Positions 38,173-48,811 of a stretch of 64,000 nucleotides of DNA are shown here, in pieces. The position numbers and the translations under genes are program-made. This DNA is from Pseudomonadota bacterium (GTDB lineage: Bacteria; Pseudomonadota; Alphaproteobacteria; Caulobacterales; Caulobacteraceae): the NCBI GenBank assembly GCA_963205005.1, contig CAUJHW010000119.1, positions 14,438 to 78,437 on the forward strand, given 5' to 3'. The notes under the pieces were generated by a model. That model saw only the letters and a list, made by a program, of their open reading frames with translations, did not search any database and was not told the origin of the DNA. Every line of letters begins with the position of its first letter. The stretch's first letter is position 1.

Positions 38173-40296
38173 ATGAATTTCCTTCGCATCGGGCTGGCCC
38201 TGGCCCTCGCCGTGACCGTGTCGGCCTGCCAGAAGGCCGCGGGTCCGGGCAACGTGGACGCCAGGCGTCTCGAGGCCGCGGCGTCCAACGGCGAATGGCT
38301 CTCCTACGGCAAGGACTACAACGAGCAGCGCTTCAGCCCGCTGGACAAGATCAACGCCTCCAACGTCAAGGACCTGGGGCTGGCCTGGTACGCCGAGTTC
38401 GACACCGACCGCGGCCAGGAGGCGACGCCCCTGATGATCGACGGGGTGCTCTACACCACCACCGCCTGGTCCAAGGTCTTCGCCTTCGACGCGAAGACCG
38501 GCAAGCAGCTCTGGAAGTACGACCCCAAGGTCGAGGGCAAGAAGGGCTTCGATGCCTGCTGTGACGTGGTCAACCGCGGCGTCGCCGTGTGGAAGGGCCG
38601 CGTCTATGTCGGCACGATCGACGGCCGGCTTGTGGCCCTGAACGCCAAGGACGGCACGGTCGCCTGGGAAGTCCAGACCACCGACACCTCCAAGCCCTAC
38701 ACGATCACCGGCGCCCCCCGGGTCATCAAGGACAAGGTTCTGATCGGGAACGGCGGCGCCGAGTACGGCGTGCGCGGCTACATCACCGCCTATGACGCGG
38801 CCACCGGCAAGCAGGTCTGGCGCTTCTACACCGTGCCCAACCCCACCGGCGCGCCCGATGGCGCGGCGTCCGACAAGGTGATGGCCGAGAAGGGGAACGC
38901 CACCTGGTCCGACGGCGAATGGAAGAAGACCGGCGGCGGCGGCACCGCATGGGATTCCATCGCCTACGATCCCAAGCTCGACCTGGTCTTTTTCGGCATC
39001 GGCAACGGCACCCCCTGGAACCACCAGCGCCGCTCGGGCGGCAAGGGCGACAACCTGTTCCTGAGCTCGATCCTCGCGCTGAAGCCCGACACCGGCGCGT
39101 ACGCCTGGCACTACCAGACGACACCCGCCGAGAGCTGGGACTACACCGCCACCCAGCACATCATGCTGGCCGACCTGAAGATCGACGGTCAGGACCGCAA
39201 GGTGCTGATGCAGGCGCCGAAGAACGGCTTCTTCTATGTGATCGACCGCGCCAACGGTCAGCTGATCTCGGCCAAGCCCTACGCCAACATCTCCTGGGCC
39301 ACGGGGGTCGACATGAAGACCGGCCGCCCGATCGAGACGGCCGGCGCGCGCTATGAGAAAGCGGCGGTGATGCAGGTGCCCGGCCCGCTGGGCGCGCACA
39401 ACTGGCAGCCGATGGCCTTCAACCCGAAGAACGGCCTCGTCTACATCCCGACCAACGTCACCCCCTTCGCCTACACCGACGACAAGGCCTTCTCCTACAA
39501 GGCCGGCGCGTGGAACGTGGGCGTCGACTTCCTGGCCAACGCCCTGCCGACCGACGAGGCCACGCTGAAGGCGGTCACCGCCATGGTGCGCGGCAGTCTG
39601 GTGGCCTGGGACCCGGTGAAGCAGAAGGCGGTCTGGACCGTCGAGCATCCCTATTTCTGGAACGCGGGCGTGCTGTCCACGGCCGGAAGCCTGGTGTTCC
39701 AGGGCTCCGCCGAAGGCGAGCTGTCGGCCTACGATTCCGCGGGCGGCAAGAAGCTGTGGAGCTACAAGACCGGCAACGGCGTGATCGCCGCGCCGATGAG
39801 CTACCAGATCGGCAACGACCAGTACGTGGCGGTGATGGTCGGCGTGGGCGGCGGCGGCCAGATCTCCGCGCCCGGCTCCATGCCCACCCGTCCGCGTCTG
39901 CCGGGCCGGCTGCTGGTGTTCAAGCTGGGCGGAACGGCCAAGGCCGCTGACTTCCCCGCCCCGGTTCAGGCCCCGATCAACCTCACCGGCGTCAGCTCCA
40001 CCGGCGACGTGCAACACGGCTTCGCCCTGTTCCACCAGAACTGTCAGGTCTGCCACGGCCCCAATGCGTCGGGCTCCTGGCTGCCGGATCTGAAGCGCTC
40101 GCCCATACTGACCACGGCCGAGAACTGGAAGGGCGTGGTCATCGACGGCGCCAGCGCCACCCGCGGCATGGCCAGTTTCTCACGCTTCATCGACGCCAAG
40201 GGCGCCGAGGACATCCGCGCCTACGTGATCTCCGAGGCGCGGAAGGCCGCGACCGCGCCCACCACGGCGGCTCCGATGCCCGCCGGCAGCCACTGA
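38173..40296 (+). CDS. quinohemoprotein PQQ-dependent alcohol dehydrogenase (type II) with C-terminal cytochrome c
   Basis: Lipoprotein-like signal, CCDVVNRG vicinal disulfide, WDYTA, QAPKNGFF and CQVCH heme motif. Confidence 0.92.
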   Translation: MNFLRIGLALALAVTVSACQKAAGPGNVDARRLEAAASNGEWLSYGKDYNEQRFSPLDKINASNVKDLGLAWYAEFDTDRGQEATPLMIDGVLYTTTAWSKVFAFDAKTGKQLWKYDPKVEGKKGFDACCDVVNRGVAVWKGRVYVGTIDGRLVALNAKDGTVAWEVQTTDTSKPYTITGAPRVIKDKVLIGNGGAEYGVRGYITAYDAATGKQVWRFYTVPNPTGAPDGAASDKVMAEKGNATWSDGEWKKTGGGGTAWDSIAYDPKLDLVFFGIGNGTPWNHQRRSGGKGDNLFLSSILALKPDTGAYAWHYQTTPAESWDYTATQHIMLADLKIDGQDRKVLMQAPKNGFFYVIDRANGQLISAKPYANISWATGVDMKTGRPIETAGARYEKAAVMQVPGPLGAHNWQPMAFNPKNGLVYIPTNVTPFAYTDDKAFSYKAGAWNVGVDFLANALPTDEATLKAVTAMVRGSLVAWDPVKQKAVWTVEHPYFWNAGVLSTAGSLVFQGSAEGELSAYDSAGGKKLWSYKTGNGVIAAPMSYQIGNDQYVAVMVGVGGGGQISAPGSMPTRPRLPGRLLVFKLGGTAKAADFPAPVQAPINLTGVSSTGDVQHGFALFHQNCQVCHGPNASGSWLPDLKRSPILTTAENWKGVVIDGASATRGMASFSRFIDAKGAEDIRAYVISEARKAATAPTTAAPMPAGSH

Positions 40297-40303
40297 ACCC
40301 CGC

Positions 40304-40327
40304 GATCCTCCCCTCCGGGGGAGGATC
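40304..40327. terminator. GC-rich hairpin after the PQQ dehydrogenase
   Basis: GATCCTCCCC-TCCG-GGGGAGGATC; no clear U-tract. Confidence 0.5.
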
Positions 40328-40379
40328 CGACGGTCCAATGCCGCTCGCGAGGCGCGGCATGTGACGCTAAACTCGGCGC

Positions 40380-42170
40380 ATGAACGCGCCCTTCAAGACC
40401 GACAACCTGCCCGAGTGGCGGCTGGATGACCTCTATTCCGGCCGCGACGACCCTCGTATCGAAGCCGATCTCGCCGAGTCCGAACGCCTCAACCGCGAGC
40501 TCGCCCGGCTTGAGGGCCGGATGCTGGCCACCCGCGACAAGCCGGCCGAACTGGGCGGGATCATCGACCGCGGGATCCAGCTCTACGAGGACGCCACCAA
40601 CGCGATGTGGGGCGTCGGCGCCTTCGGCTCACTGTCGGCCTCGACCCAGCGCGACAATCCGGCCTGGTCCAAGTTCGAATCCGACCTGCGCACCCGCACC
40701 TCGCAGATCGCCCAGCTCAGCCTGTTCTTCACCCTGGAAATCAACCAGCTGGAGGACGGCGAACTCGAAGCGGCGCTGAAGGCCCATCCCGACGCCCAGC
40801 GCTGGCGGCCCTGGCTGCGCCGTGTCCGCGCCGGCCGGCCGCACGAACTCAGCGCCGAGCTGGAACGGCTGCTGATCGACAAGGCGCCCGCGGTCGCCAA
40901 CTGGGGCCGCCTCACCGACGACACTCTGGCCGGGCTGACCGCGCGCGTGGACGGCCAGACGCTGACCCTCGCCGAGACGCTGAACCGGATGTCCGATCCG
41001 GACGCCGCACGGCGCAAGGCGGCCGCCCAGGCGCTGGCCAAGGCGCTGGCGGAACGGACGCCGACGCTCGCCCTGTCGCTCAACACCCTCGCCTTCGAGA
41101 AGCAGGTCGAGGACCGCTGGCGCAAGTTCCCCACGCCCGCCGCCAGCCGCCACCTGGCCAATGAGGTGGACGCCGACGCCGTGGCCGCCCTGGAAGCCGC
41201 CGTGGTCGATGGCTACGAGAGCGTCAGTCACCGCTACTACAAGCTCAAGGCCAGGGTCATGGGCCGCAAGGTCCTCGACCACTGGGACCGCAACTGCCCG
41301 CTCGACACCGCCCAGCCCCGGATCTTCACCTGGGACCAGGCCCGCGCGATCGTGCTGGAGAGCTTCACGGCGCTGGCGCCCTCCTTCGCCACCACCGCCC
41401 AGGTGTTCTTCGACAAGCCGTGGATCGACGCGCGGCCGCGCTCCGGCAAGCAGTCCGGGGCCTACGCCCACCCGGTGACCGCCAACCGCCACCCCTATGT
41501 GTTCATGAACTACATGGGCGAGCGGCGCGACGTACTGACACTGGCGCATGAACTTGGCCACGCCGTACACCAGACCCTGTGCCAGCCCATGGGCACCCTG
41601 CTGGCCGACACCCCGCTGACGCTCGCCGAGACCGCCTCGATCTTCGGCGAGGGCCTGGTGTTCGAGAAGCTGCTGGCCGAGGCCTCGCCCGCCGAGCGGC
41701 GCGGCCTGCTCGCCGGCAAGATCGAGGACGGGATCAACACCGTCGTCCGCCAGATCGCCTTCCACCGCTTCGAGACCCGCTTCCACGACGCCCGGCTCAA
41801 GGGCGAACTGTCGGCCGAGGCGATCGGAGCGCTGTGGGTGGAAACGATGGCCGAGAGCCTGGGTCCGGCCATCCGGCTGGGCAAGGGCTACGAGCACTTC
41901 TGGGCCTACATCAACCACTTCGTGCACGCGCCGTTCTACGTCTACGCCTACGCCTTCGGGGACCTGCTGGTGCGCAGCCTGATGGAGAAGCGCCGCGAGG
42001 ATCCGGTCGCCTTCGTGCCGGCCTACGAGAAGCTGCTCGCCGCCGGCGGCACGGTCACCTACGTCGAGGCCCTGGCCGCCTTCGGCCTGAACCCGCGCGA
42101 GAAGGCCTTCTGGGCCGCCGGCATGAAGCAGCTGGAGCGGCTGGTGGACGAGTTCGAAGCCCTGGTCTGA
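40380..42170 (+). CDS. pepF: M3 family oligoendopeptidase F
   Basis: W-L-DLY N-terminus, TLAHELGHAVH zinc motif, AETAS and HF...FYVYAYAFG. Confidence 0.9.
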   Translation: MNAPFKTDNLPEWRLDDLYSGRDDPRIEADLAESERLNRELARLEGRMLATRDKPAELGGIIDRGIQLYEDATNAMWGVGAFGSLSASTQRDNPAWSKFESDLRTRTSQIAQLSLFFTLEINQLEDGELEAALKAHPDAQRWRPWLRRVRAGRPHELSAELERLLIDKAPAVANWGRLTDDTLAGLTARVDGQTLTLAETLNRMSDPDAARRKAAAQALAKALAERTPTLALSLNTLAFEKQVEDRWRKFPTPAASRHLANEVDADAVAALEAAVVDGYESVSHRYYKLKARVMGRKVLDHWDRNCPLDTAQPRIFTWDQARAIVLESFTALAPSFATTAQVFFDKPWIDARPRSGKQSGAYAHPVTANRHPYVFMNYMGERRDVLTLAHELGHAVHQTLCQPMGTLLADTPLTLAETASIFGEGLVFEKLLAEASPAERRGLLAGKIEDGINTVVRQIAFHRFETRFHDARLKGELSAEAIGALWVETMAESLGPAIRLGKGYEHFWAYINHFVHAPFYVYAYAFGDLLVRSLMEKRREDPVAFVPAYEKLLAAGGTVTYVEALAAFGLNPREKAFWAAGMKQLERLVDEFEALV

Positions 42171-42193
42171 GCCGGCGGATCATCGCCCCATCC

Positions 42194-42233
42194 TGTCACC
42201 CCGGACGTCGCGAAGCGGCGTTCCGGGACCCAG
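42194..42233. repeat. REP-like palindromic intergenic element
   Basis: TGTCACCCCGGAC..GCGAAGCG..TTCCGGGACCCAG between convergent genes; resembles alphaproteobacterial REP elements. Confidence 0.5.
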
Positions 42234-42252
42234 GTGATATGGGAGCGGCCGA

Positions 42253-42675
42253 CTACCCCGCCGTCAGCAGCAAAGTGAGACGCGCCTCCAGCGCAGCAGC
42301 GTCCTTGAGCTCGCATTCCCAGATCGTCTCGACCCGCCAGCCCAGCGCGACGAGCGCCTCGCGGCTGGCGGCGTCGCGGGTCCGGTTGCGGCCGACCTTG
42401 CCCAGCCAGTAGTCGCGGTTCTGCTTCGGCACGCGGGCGCCGCGGGCGCAGTCATGGCCGTGCCAGAAGCAGCCGTGGACGAAGATCGCCAGCCGCCGCC
42501 CGGCCATGACCACATCCGGCTTGCCCGGCAGGTCCCCCCGATGGAGCCGGTATCGCGCGCCCAGACGGGTCAGCGCCCGGCGCACGGACATCTCCGGCCC
42601 GGTGTCGCGCCCCTTCACCCGCCGCATCACGGCGGACCGCTTTTCCGGCCCGTAGACGTCGGTGGTCGGCGTCAC
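42253..42675 (-). CDS. vsr: very short patch repair endonuclease
   Basis: [30 protein letters not shown] and IWECE motifs. Confidence 0.95.
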   Translation of the reverse strand: MTPTTDVYGPEKRSAVMRRVKGRDTGPEMSVRRALTRLGARYRLHRGDLPGKPDVVMAGRRLAIFVHGCFWHGHDCARGARVPKQNRDYWLGKVGRNRTRDAASREALVALGWRVETIWECELKDAAALEARLTLLLTAG

Positions 42676-43664
42676 AGCCCGTCGAACAGGGCCGTGGAGA
42701 TGTAGCGCTCGGCGAAGCTCGGGATGATCGCCACCACCAGCTTGCCGGCCATGTCCGGGCGGTTGGCGATCTCGAAGGCCGCGGTCAGCGCCGCGCCGGA
42801 CGAGATGCCCACCGGGATGCCTTCCTCGCGCGCCACCCGTCGGGCCATCTCAAAGGCGTCGTCGTTCGACACCTGGACGATGTCGTCGATCACGCCACGG
42901 TCGAGGATCGAGGGCACGAAGCCCGCGCCGATGCCCTGGATCTTGTGCGGACCCGGCGCGCCGCCCGAGAGGATCGGCGAAGCCTGCGGCTCCACCGCCA
43001 CCATGCGCACCGACGGCTTGCGGGCCTTCAGCACCTGGCCGATGCCGGTGATCGTGCCGCCGGTGCCGACGCCCGAGATCACCGCATCCACGCGGCCGTC
43101 AGTGTCGTTCCAGATTTCCTCGGCGGTCGAGACCCGGTGGATCAGCGGGTTGGCCACATTGTCGAACTGCTGCGGCATCACCGCGCCGGGGGTGGCCTCG
43201 ACGATCTCCCGGGCGCGGGCCACGGCGCCGGCCATGCCCTTCTCGGCGGGCGTCAGCTCCAGGGTCGCGCCAAGGATCAGCAGCATCTTGCGCCGCTCGA
43301 TCGACATGCTCTCCGGCATGACCAGGGTGATCTTGTAGCCCTTGGCCGCCGCCACGAAGGCCAGCGCGATGCCGGTATTGCCTGAAGTCGGCTCGACGAT
43401 CCGGCCGCCCGGCTTCAGCAGGCCCTTGGCCTCCAGGTATTCGATCATCGCCACGCCGATGCGGTCCTTGACCGAGGCGAGCGGGTTGAAGAACTCCAGC
43501 TTGGCGACCACCTCGGCCTTCGGCTTCAGCGCCGCCATCAGGTGCGGAAGACGGACAAGCGGCGTGTCGCCGATCAGATCGAGCACGGAATCGTAGATCC
43601 GGCCGCGGCCGGACCGGCGGAACCGCGCGGCGTTGTAGACCTTGTCGGGCGTGGCGTCGTCCAT
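42672..43664 (-). CDS. cysK: cysteine synthase A
   Basis: [29 protein letters not shown] and GISSGA motifs. Confidence 0.95.
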   Translation of the reverse strand: MDDATPDKVYNAARFRRSGRGRIYDSVLDLIGDTPLVRLPHLMAALKPKAEVVAKLEFFNPLASVKDRIGVAMIEYLEAKGLLKPGGRIVEPTSGNTGIALAFVAAAKGYKITLVMPESMSIERRKMLLILGATLELTPAEKGMAGAVARAREIVEATPGAVMPQQFDNVANPLIHRVSTAEEIWNDTDGRVDAVISGVGTGGTITGIGQVLKARKPSVRMVAVEPQASPILSGGAPGPHKIQGIGAGFVPSILDRGVIDDIVQVSNDDAFEMARRVAREEGIPVGISSGAALTAAFEIANRPDMAGKLVVAIIPSFAERYISTALFDGL

Positions 43665-43760
43665 GGAACAGGACCTTCTGGCTACGGTCATATCTGGCCG
43701 CGAACCCTAAGCCTTCCGATCGGGATTGGAAGCGGTCTAGGCTTGCGATCGCTTATAGTT

Positions 43761-44885
43761 TTACTCGGCCGCCAAGGCCGCGGAAGGCCCGAGAAGCGGC
43801 TCCAGCAGCTCCCGCGCAAGCCAGCGGACCACCGGAACCGCGACGCCGTCTCCCGCCACATGCAGGGCGCCCGTCGCCGTCGCCGGCAGGCGGTAGCTGT
43901 CTGGCAGGCCCATCAGCCGCGCGGCCTCGCGCGGGGTGACCAGACGGCTGCGGACGGCGCCGGCCTCGACCACCACGATCGCCTGGCGGGAGGATCCGCC
44001 GCGCGGGGTTCGCAGGCAGCCGGCCACGCCGTCGAAGCGCACCTCGGCCCGCTGGACCGAGCGGCCCTCTTCCTTGCGTGTCCGCCGGAACACCGCGCCC
44101 ACCGCCCGGCCCGGGCGCGAGGCCAGCCGCGCGCGGTGCAGCGGTCCCATCAGTTCGAGCAGCCGGGCGGTCTGCGCCGGGCCATGCCAGCGGACGTCCG
44201 CGTCGGGCTCCAGCAGCGCAGCAAGGTCGGTGTTACGGGCCGGCGGCGCGGCCAGCCGCCACCACACCCATTGCGGGGCCAGCTCTTCGGGCAGGGCAGC
44301 CCGGGCGGCGCGGACCGCGCGGGTATGGAAGGGGCTGTCGCCGGTCAGGCCCGCGGGGATCTCGCGGGCCGCGATCACGAACACCCGGGGCCGCGACTGC
44401 GGCAGCACGGTCGCCGCGTCGATTTCCAGCGCCCCGAAGCGATAGCCCCGCGACGCCAGGGCCGCGCCCAGGGCCGCGAAGTCGGCGCCGCCGTGCGAGG
44501 TCAGCAGGCCGGAGACATTCTCGATGACGATCAGGCGCGGGGCGCGGCCGCCGTCGTCCAGCGCCTCCATCAGTCGCCAGAATCCGAAGAACGCCGAGGA
44601 GCGCCCGCCCGCCAGCCCGGCCCGCGCGCCGGCCAGGCTGAAGTCCTGGCAGGGGCTGGAAGCCCAGGCGAGATCGGCCCGGCCCGGCAGGTCGTCGGCC
44701 GACAGGTTCCAGACATCCCCCTGGCGGAAGTGGGCCTCCGCATCGGCGAAGTTGGCCCTGTAGGCCTCCGACTTCACCCGGTCGAAGTCGTTGGCGAAGG
44801 CGCAGGTCCAGGCCTCGCCCAGCCCGATGCGCGCCATGCCGCCGCCGGCAAAGAATTCGTAGAAGGTGCGGCCGGGGCGACTCAT
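43761..44885 (-). CDS. C5-cytosine DNA methyltransferase (orphan)
   Basis: Motif I FFAGGG, motif IV SPCQDFS, motif VI ENV, motif VIII QSRPR. Confidence 0.92.
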   Translation of the reverse strand: MSRPGRTFYEFFAGGGMARIGLGEAWTCAFANDFDRVKSEAYRANFADAEAHFRQGDVWNLSADDLPGRADLAWASSPCQDFSLAGARAGLAGGRSSAFFGFWRLMEALDDGGRAPRLIVIENVSGLLTSHGGADFAALGAALASRGYRFGALEIDAATVLPQSRPRVFVIAAREIPAGLTGDSPFHTRAVRAARAALPEELAPQWVWWRLAAPPARNTDLAALLEPDADVRWHGPAQTARLLELMGPLHRARLASRPGRAVGAVFRRTRKEEGRSVQRAEVRFDGVAGCLRTPRGGSSRQAIVVVEAGAVRSRLVTPREAARLMGLPDSYRLPATATGALHVAGDGVAVPVVRWLARELLEPLLGPSAALAAE

Positions 44886-44962
44886 TGCCTGATGAGTCTA
44901 CCCTGCGCCGTGAGCGGCGGAAAACGCGCCCGTCCGTCGGGGAAACGGGCGGGCGCGCCCCG

Positions 44963-45667
44963 TCAGCCGAAGTCGTCGAAGGCGACGTCGGAGAGACTGC
45001 GGCCGACAAGCAGGACGCCGGCCTCGATCTCGTTCTCGTTCTCGTCCGCGAACACGACCACGTCCGCGCCGAGCTGGATCGCCACCACATCGGCGTCGCC
45101 GCTGCCGATCAGCAGCTTCGCCTGAGCCATGGCGTCGGCGTAGTCGGTGGCCGTGCCCGTGGCAAAGTGGTCGGCGGTGAGCGGCGGGCGATCGTCATCG
45201 TCAAACACGATCCTGTCCTCGCCGTGGGTGAAGTCGGCGATGCGGTCCAGGCCGTCCAGGGTGGCCGACCGGTCGTCGATCCGGAACACGTCATTGCCGG
45301 CTCCGCCGGTCAGCAGGTCGGCGCCCTTGCCGCCACGCAGCAGATCGTCGCCGGCGTCGCCGGACAGGGTATCGTTTCCGGCGCCGCCACGCAGCCGGTC
45401 TGCGCCGTCCGTGCCCGTGAGGGCCTGGGCGACCGCCGGGGTCGGTGAATCATCGCGATGGCCGCCGTGATCGTCGGCGTGATCGTCAGCGTGATCATTG
45501 CCGTGATCATCGCCGGGCGGATCGTCCCGCCCGCCGCGGCCGGAAGACGCCGATGATGAGGCGGAAGCACCGGTTGTGGACCCGCCCGAGCTCCGGGCGC
45601 CGCCATGGTCGTCGTTGGGATCTTCCGGCTTGTGGCCACGACCGTCTGCAGACTTGTTCTTGGACAT
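44963..45667 (-). CDS. RTX/hemolysin-type Ca2+-binding protein, probable type I secretion substrate
   Basis: GGxGxD repeats ([24 protein letters not shown]); His/Asp-rich N-terminus; no signal peptide. Confidence 0.85.
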   Translation of the reverse strand: MSKNKSADGRGHKPEDPNDDHGGARSSGGSTTGASASSSASSGRGGRDDPPGDDHGNDHADDHADDHGGHRDDSPTPAVAQALTGTDGADRLRGGAGNDTLSGDAGDDLLRGGKGADLLTGGAGNDVFRIDDRSATLDGLDRIADFTHGEDRIVFDDDDRPPLTADHFATGTATDYADAMAQAKLLIGSGDADVVAIQLGADVVVFADENENEIEAGVLLVGRSLSDVAFDDFG

Positions 45668-45808
45668 GAATTCCTCGTTTCTCGCCCCGACCCGGATCGA
45701 CAACGGCCTGGGTCGCGACTTATTCCCGTTGGGGCTCCCTCAGCCCGTCGAGACTTTCATGGCGCGCTGAAACGGACCTGAACCCAGGCGGTTAAGTGGA
45801 GGTAGAGG

Positions 45809-46261
45809 ATGAATCGCGTGGCCCTGTTCGGCGTCCTGCCCGCCCTCCTGGGCCTCGGCGCCTGCCAGCCGCAGGACCCCAACGGAGCGCCGGCCGCGCC
45901 GCCGGCGGACGCCCCCGTCGTTGCTCCGTCCGTCGCTCCCGCAAGCGATTTCAGCCGGCCGATCACCGCCCTTGGGACCGAGCCGTTCTGGGCCGTCAGG
46001 ATTGACGGTGCGCGTCTGACGCTGAGCCGGCCCGACCAGCCCGCGGTAGAGGCCACGGCGCCGGGGGCGGCGATATCGTCCGGGCAGGCGGCATGGGCCG
46101 CGCGGACCCCGGAAGGTCAGACCCTGAGCGTCATCCTGAAAGCAGGCGACTGTTCGGACGGAATGAGTGACCGGCGCTATCCGATGACCGCCGAGGCGGT
46201 CGTCGCGGGCGAGACCCTGCGGGGCTGCGCGATCGCGACCGCGGACATGCGGCCGGAGTGA
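45809..46261 (+). CDS. lipoprotein with HslJ/COG3650-like domain
   Basis: Lipobox LGAC, ALGTEPFW, CSDGMSDRRYP and LRGCA motifs. Confidence 0.85.
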   Translation: MNRVALFGVLPALLGLGACQPQDPNGAPAAPPADAPVVAPSVAPASDFSRPITALGTEPFWAVRIDGARLTLSRPDQPAVEATAPGAAISSGQAAWAARTPEGQTLSVILKAGDCSDGMSDRRYPMTAEAVVAGETLRGCAIATADMRPE

Positions 46262-46264
46262 GCG

Positions 46265-46852
46265 CTACGGCAGATTGCTGAATTCGAACGCGTGCAGCGA
46301 ACGGCCAACCATCAGCACGCCCAGTTCCGAACCCAGATCGAGATCCTCGAAGGTGAGGAACAGGTCGGAGCCCGCGTCCAGGCCCGGATCGGCCGCCGGG
46401 TCGACCCCGGCGGAAAGGCCGGCGTCCTCGGGCGGCGGAGCGATGTCGCCGTCGGCCGCCGGATCGCTGGGGGCCGGTTCGCCCGCAACCGGATCGAAGG
46501 TGGCGCCATCGTCGGTCAGCATCGGGTCGATCACCGGACCGGCGTCGAGCGGATCGGTTGTCGCGACCAGCGCCGGATCGGCCGGCGGCGCGTCGGGATC
46601 GATGCTGCCCGGGTCGATGGGGATGAAGGCGTCGGAGTCGTCTGCCGAAGGGTCCTGCCCGTCGAACGGGGCCGCCACATCTTCGCCGAGGACCAGGGGA
46701 TCGCCGACCGGCGCGTCGGCGTCGAGCGGCGCGGTTTCCACAGGGATCAGGCCGTCGACGCCGGCATAGGCGTCGTAGTCCGCGAGGAAGGCGGCCAGTT
46801 CGTCATCGATGGAAACGATCGCGAATTCGCTGGTCATGAACACGGCGGGCAT
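46265..46852 (-). CDS. highly acidic Asp/Pro-rich hypothetical protein
   Basis: 195 aa, almost no basic residues; C-terminal motif shared with the RTX protein. Confidence 0.7.
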   Translation of the reverse strand: MPAVFMTSEFAIVSIDDELAAFLADYDAYAGVDGLIPVETAPLDADAPVGDPLVLGEDVAAPFDGQDPSADDSDAFIPIDPGSIDPDAPPADPALVATTDPLDAGPVIDPMLTDDGATFDPVAGEPAPSDPAADGDIAPPPEDAGLSAGVDPAADPGLDAGSDLFLTFEDLDLGSELGVLMVGRSLHAFEFSNLP

Positions 46853-47061
46853 CCCGTTGCAGTCAAGGTCGTTGCCGCGAACAAGGCCTCATCCGCGGTA
46901 AACGTGGCCGGAAACGGCATGGTTAAGTTTCTCCACCCCTTCCCCGGCGCCGGCCCGCGAAGCTCCATGTATGGGTAAGGCGACCCTGGCCCTTGCCGTC
47001 GCCGGACCCCGGCCGCAAACTCCGGAAAACAGAAGACACAACAAGAGCTTTGGGAGGCTCC

Positions 47062-48801
47062 ATGGACAGGGCATTCGACCTCGTCATCCGCGGCGGGACC
47101 GTCGTGGACGGATCGGGCGGCGCCGCCTTCGAGGCTGACGTCGCGGTCAGGGACGGCCGGATCGCCGCCGTCGGCAGGGTCGCCGGCTCGGGCGCCGAGG
47201 AGATCGATGCCCGCGGCAAGCTGGTCACCCCCGGCTTCGTCGATGTTCACACCCACTATGACGGCCAGGCGACCTGGGACGGGCGCATGCAGCCCTCGTC
47301 CTGGCACGGGGTCACCACCGTGGTCATGGGCAACTGCGGTGTCGGCTTCGCCCCCTGCCGACCGGAGGACCACAACCGCCTGATCCAGCTGATGGAAGGC
47401 GTGGAGGACATTCCCTTCCCGGTGCTGTCCGAGGGCTTGCCGTGGGACTGGGAGAGCTATCCCGAATACCTCGACAGCCTGGCGAAACGGCATTTCGACG
47501 TCGACATCGCCAGCCAGCTGCCGCACGCGGCGCTTCGCGTGTTCGTCATGGGCGAGCGGGGCGTGAACCGCGAGCCTGCCACTGAGGCTGACATCAACGC
47601 CATGGCCGCGCTGGCGAAGCGGGCGATGGAGGCCGGCGCCATCGGCTTCGGCACCTCGCGCACCCTGAACCACCGTTCGTCGGACGGCTCGCCCATCGCC
47701 ACCCTGACCGCCGGCGAGGACGAGCTGACCGGCATCGCCATGGGCATGGCCGCCGCAGGCAGGGGTGTGCTGCAGTTCGTTTCCGACTTCAGCGGCGGGG
47801 CCGAGGAGTTCGCGATGATGAAGCGGATCGTCGCCAGGTCAGGCCGGCCGCTTTCGTTCAGCCTGGTGCAGAGCCCGCGCCAGCCGCAGAGCTACCAGAC
47901 GATGCTGAACTGGCTCTCGGAGGCGGCCGCCGAGGGCTTGCCGATCAAGGGACAGGCGGCGACGCGGCCTGTGGGCGTGCTGTTCGGCCTCGAACTGACC
48001 ATGAACCCCTTCAGCCAGCACCCGGTCTATCACGAGATCCGGGACCAGCCCTTCGACGCCCGGGTGGCGGCGCTGCGCGACCCGGCGTTCCGCGCCCGCC
48101 TCCTGGCCGATCCCGGGGCCGACGCCCGCGGCTTCGCAAACACCCAGCCGCGCAACTGGGAAATGATGTTCCTGATGGGCGCGGAGCCCGACTATGAGCC
48201 GACCCGGGAGCAGACGGTCGCCGCCATCGCCGCGCGAGAGGGCCGCGAGCCCGCCGAGGTGGCGCTGGACCACATGCTGTCGAACGGCGGGCGCGGCATG
48301 CTCTACCTGCCGTTCCTCAACTATGCGACCGGCGACCTCGATCACGTGGTCGACTTCCTGAACCATCCGCAGGTCGTGCCGGGCCTGTCGGACGGGGGCG
48401 CGCACGTCGGCATGATCTGCGACGGCAGCTTCCCCACCACCAACATCGCCTTCTGGACCCGTGATCGCACCCGGGGCGCTCGCCTGCCGCTGGAACAGAT
48501 GGTCAAGGCCCAGTGCCGCGACACCGCCGAACTGGTGGGCCTCTATGACCGCGGGCTGGTGGCACAGGGCTATCGCGCCGACCTCAACGTGATCGACTAT
48601 GACCGGCTCAAGCTGCTGGCGCCGCAGGTCGCCTATGACCTGCCCACCGGCGGGCGGCGACTGATCCAGAGGGCCGAGGGGTACACAGCCACCCTCGTCG
48701 CCGGTCAGGTCACCTATCGCGACGGGACGCCCACCGACGCCCTCCCCGGCCGCCTGCTGCGCGGCGCACAGTCCGCCCCGACGGCTCTGGCGGCGGAATA
48801 G
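47062..48801 (+). CDS. N-acyl-D-amino-acid deacylase family amidohydrolase
   Basis: [33 protein letters not shown] and ADLNVID motifs. Confidence 0.9.
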   Translation: MDRAFDLVIRGGTVVDGSGGAAFEADVAVRDGRIAAVGRVAGSGAEEIDARGKLVTPGFVDVHTHYDGQATWDGRMQPSSWHGVTTVVMGNCGVGFAPCRPEDHNRLIQLMEGVEDIPFPVLSEGLPWDWESYPEYLDSLAKRHFDVDIASQLPHAALRVFVMGERGVNREPATEADINAMAALAKRAMEAGAIGFGTSRTLNHRSSDGSPIATLTAGEDELTGIAMGMAAAGRGVLQFVSDFSGGAEEFAMMKRIVARSGRPLSFSLVQSPRQPQSYQTMLNWLSEAAAEGLPIKGQAATRPVGVLFGLELTMNPFSQHPVYHEIRDQPFDARVAALRDPAFRARLLADPGADARGFANTQPRNWEMMFLMGAEPDYEPTREQTVAAIAAREGREPAEVALDHMLSNGGRGMLYLPFLNYATGDLDHVVDFLNHPQVVPGLSDGGAHVGMICDGSFPTTNIAFWTRDRTRGARLPLEQMVKAQCRDTAELVGLYDRGLVAQGYRADLNVIDYDRLKLLAPQVAYDLPTGGRRLIQRAEGYTATLVAGQVTYRDGTPTDALPGRLLRGAQSAPTALAAE

Positions 48802-48811
48802 GGGCTCCGAC

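Noticed and set aside
39136-39147. Lanthanide-dependent PQQ dehydrogenase
   Set aside because: The active-site motif reads WDYT, lacking the extra Asp (WDYD) of XoxF/ExaF/PedH-type enzymes. With the C-terminal CxxCH it fits a Ca-type quinohemoprotein.
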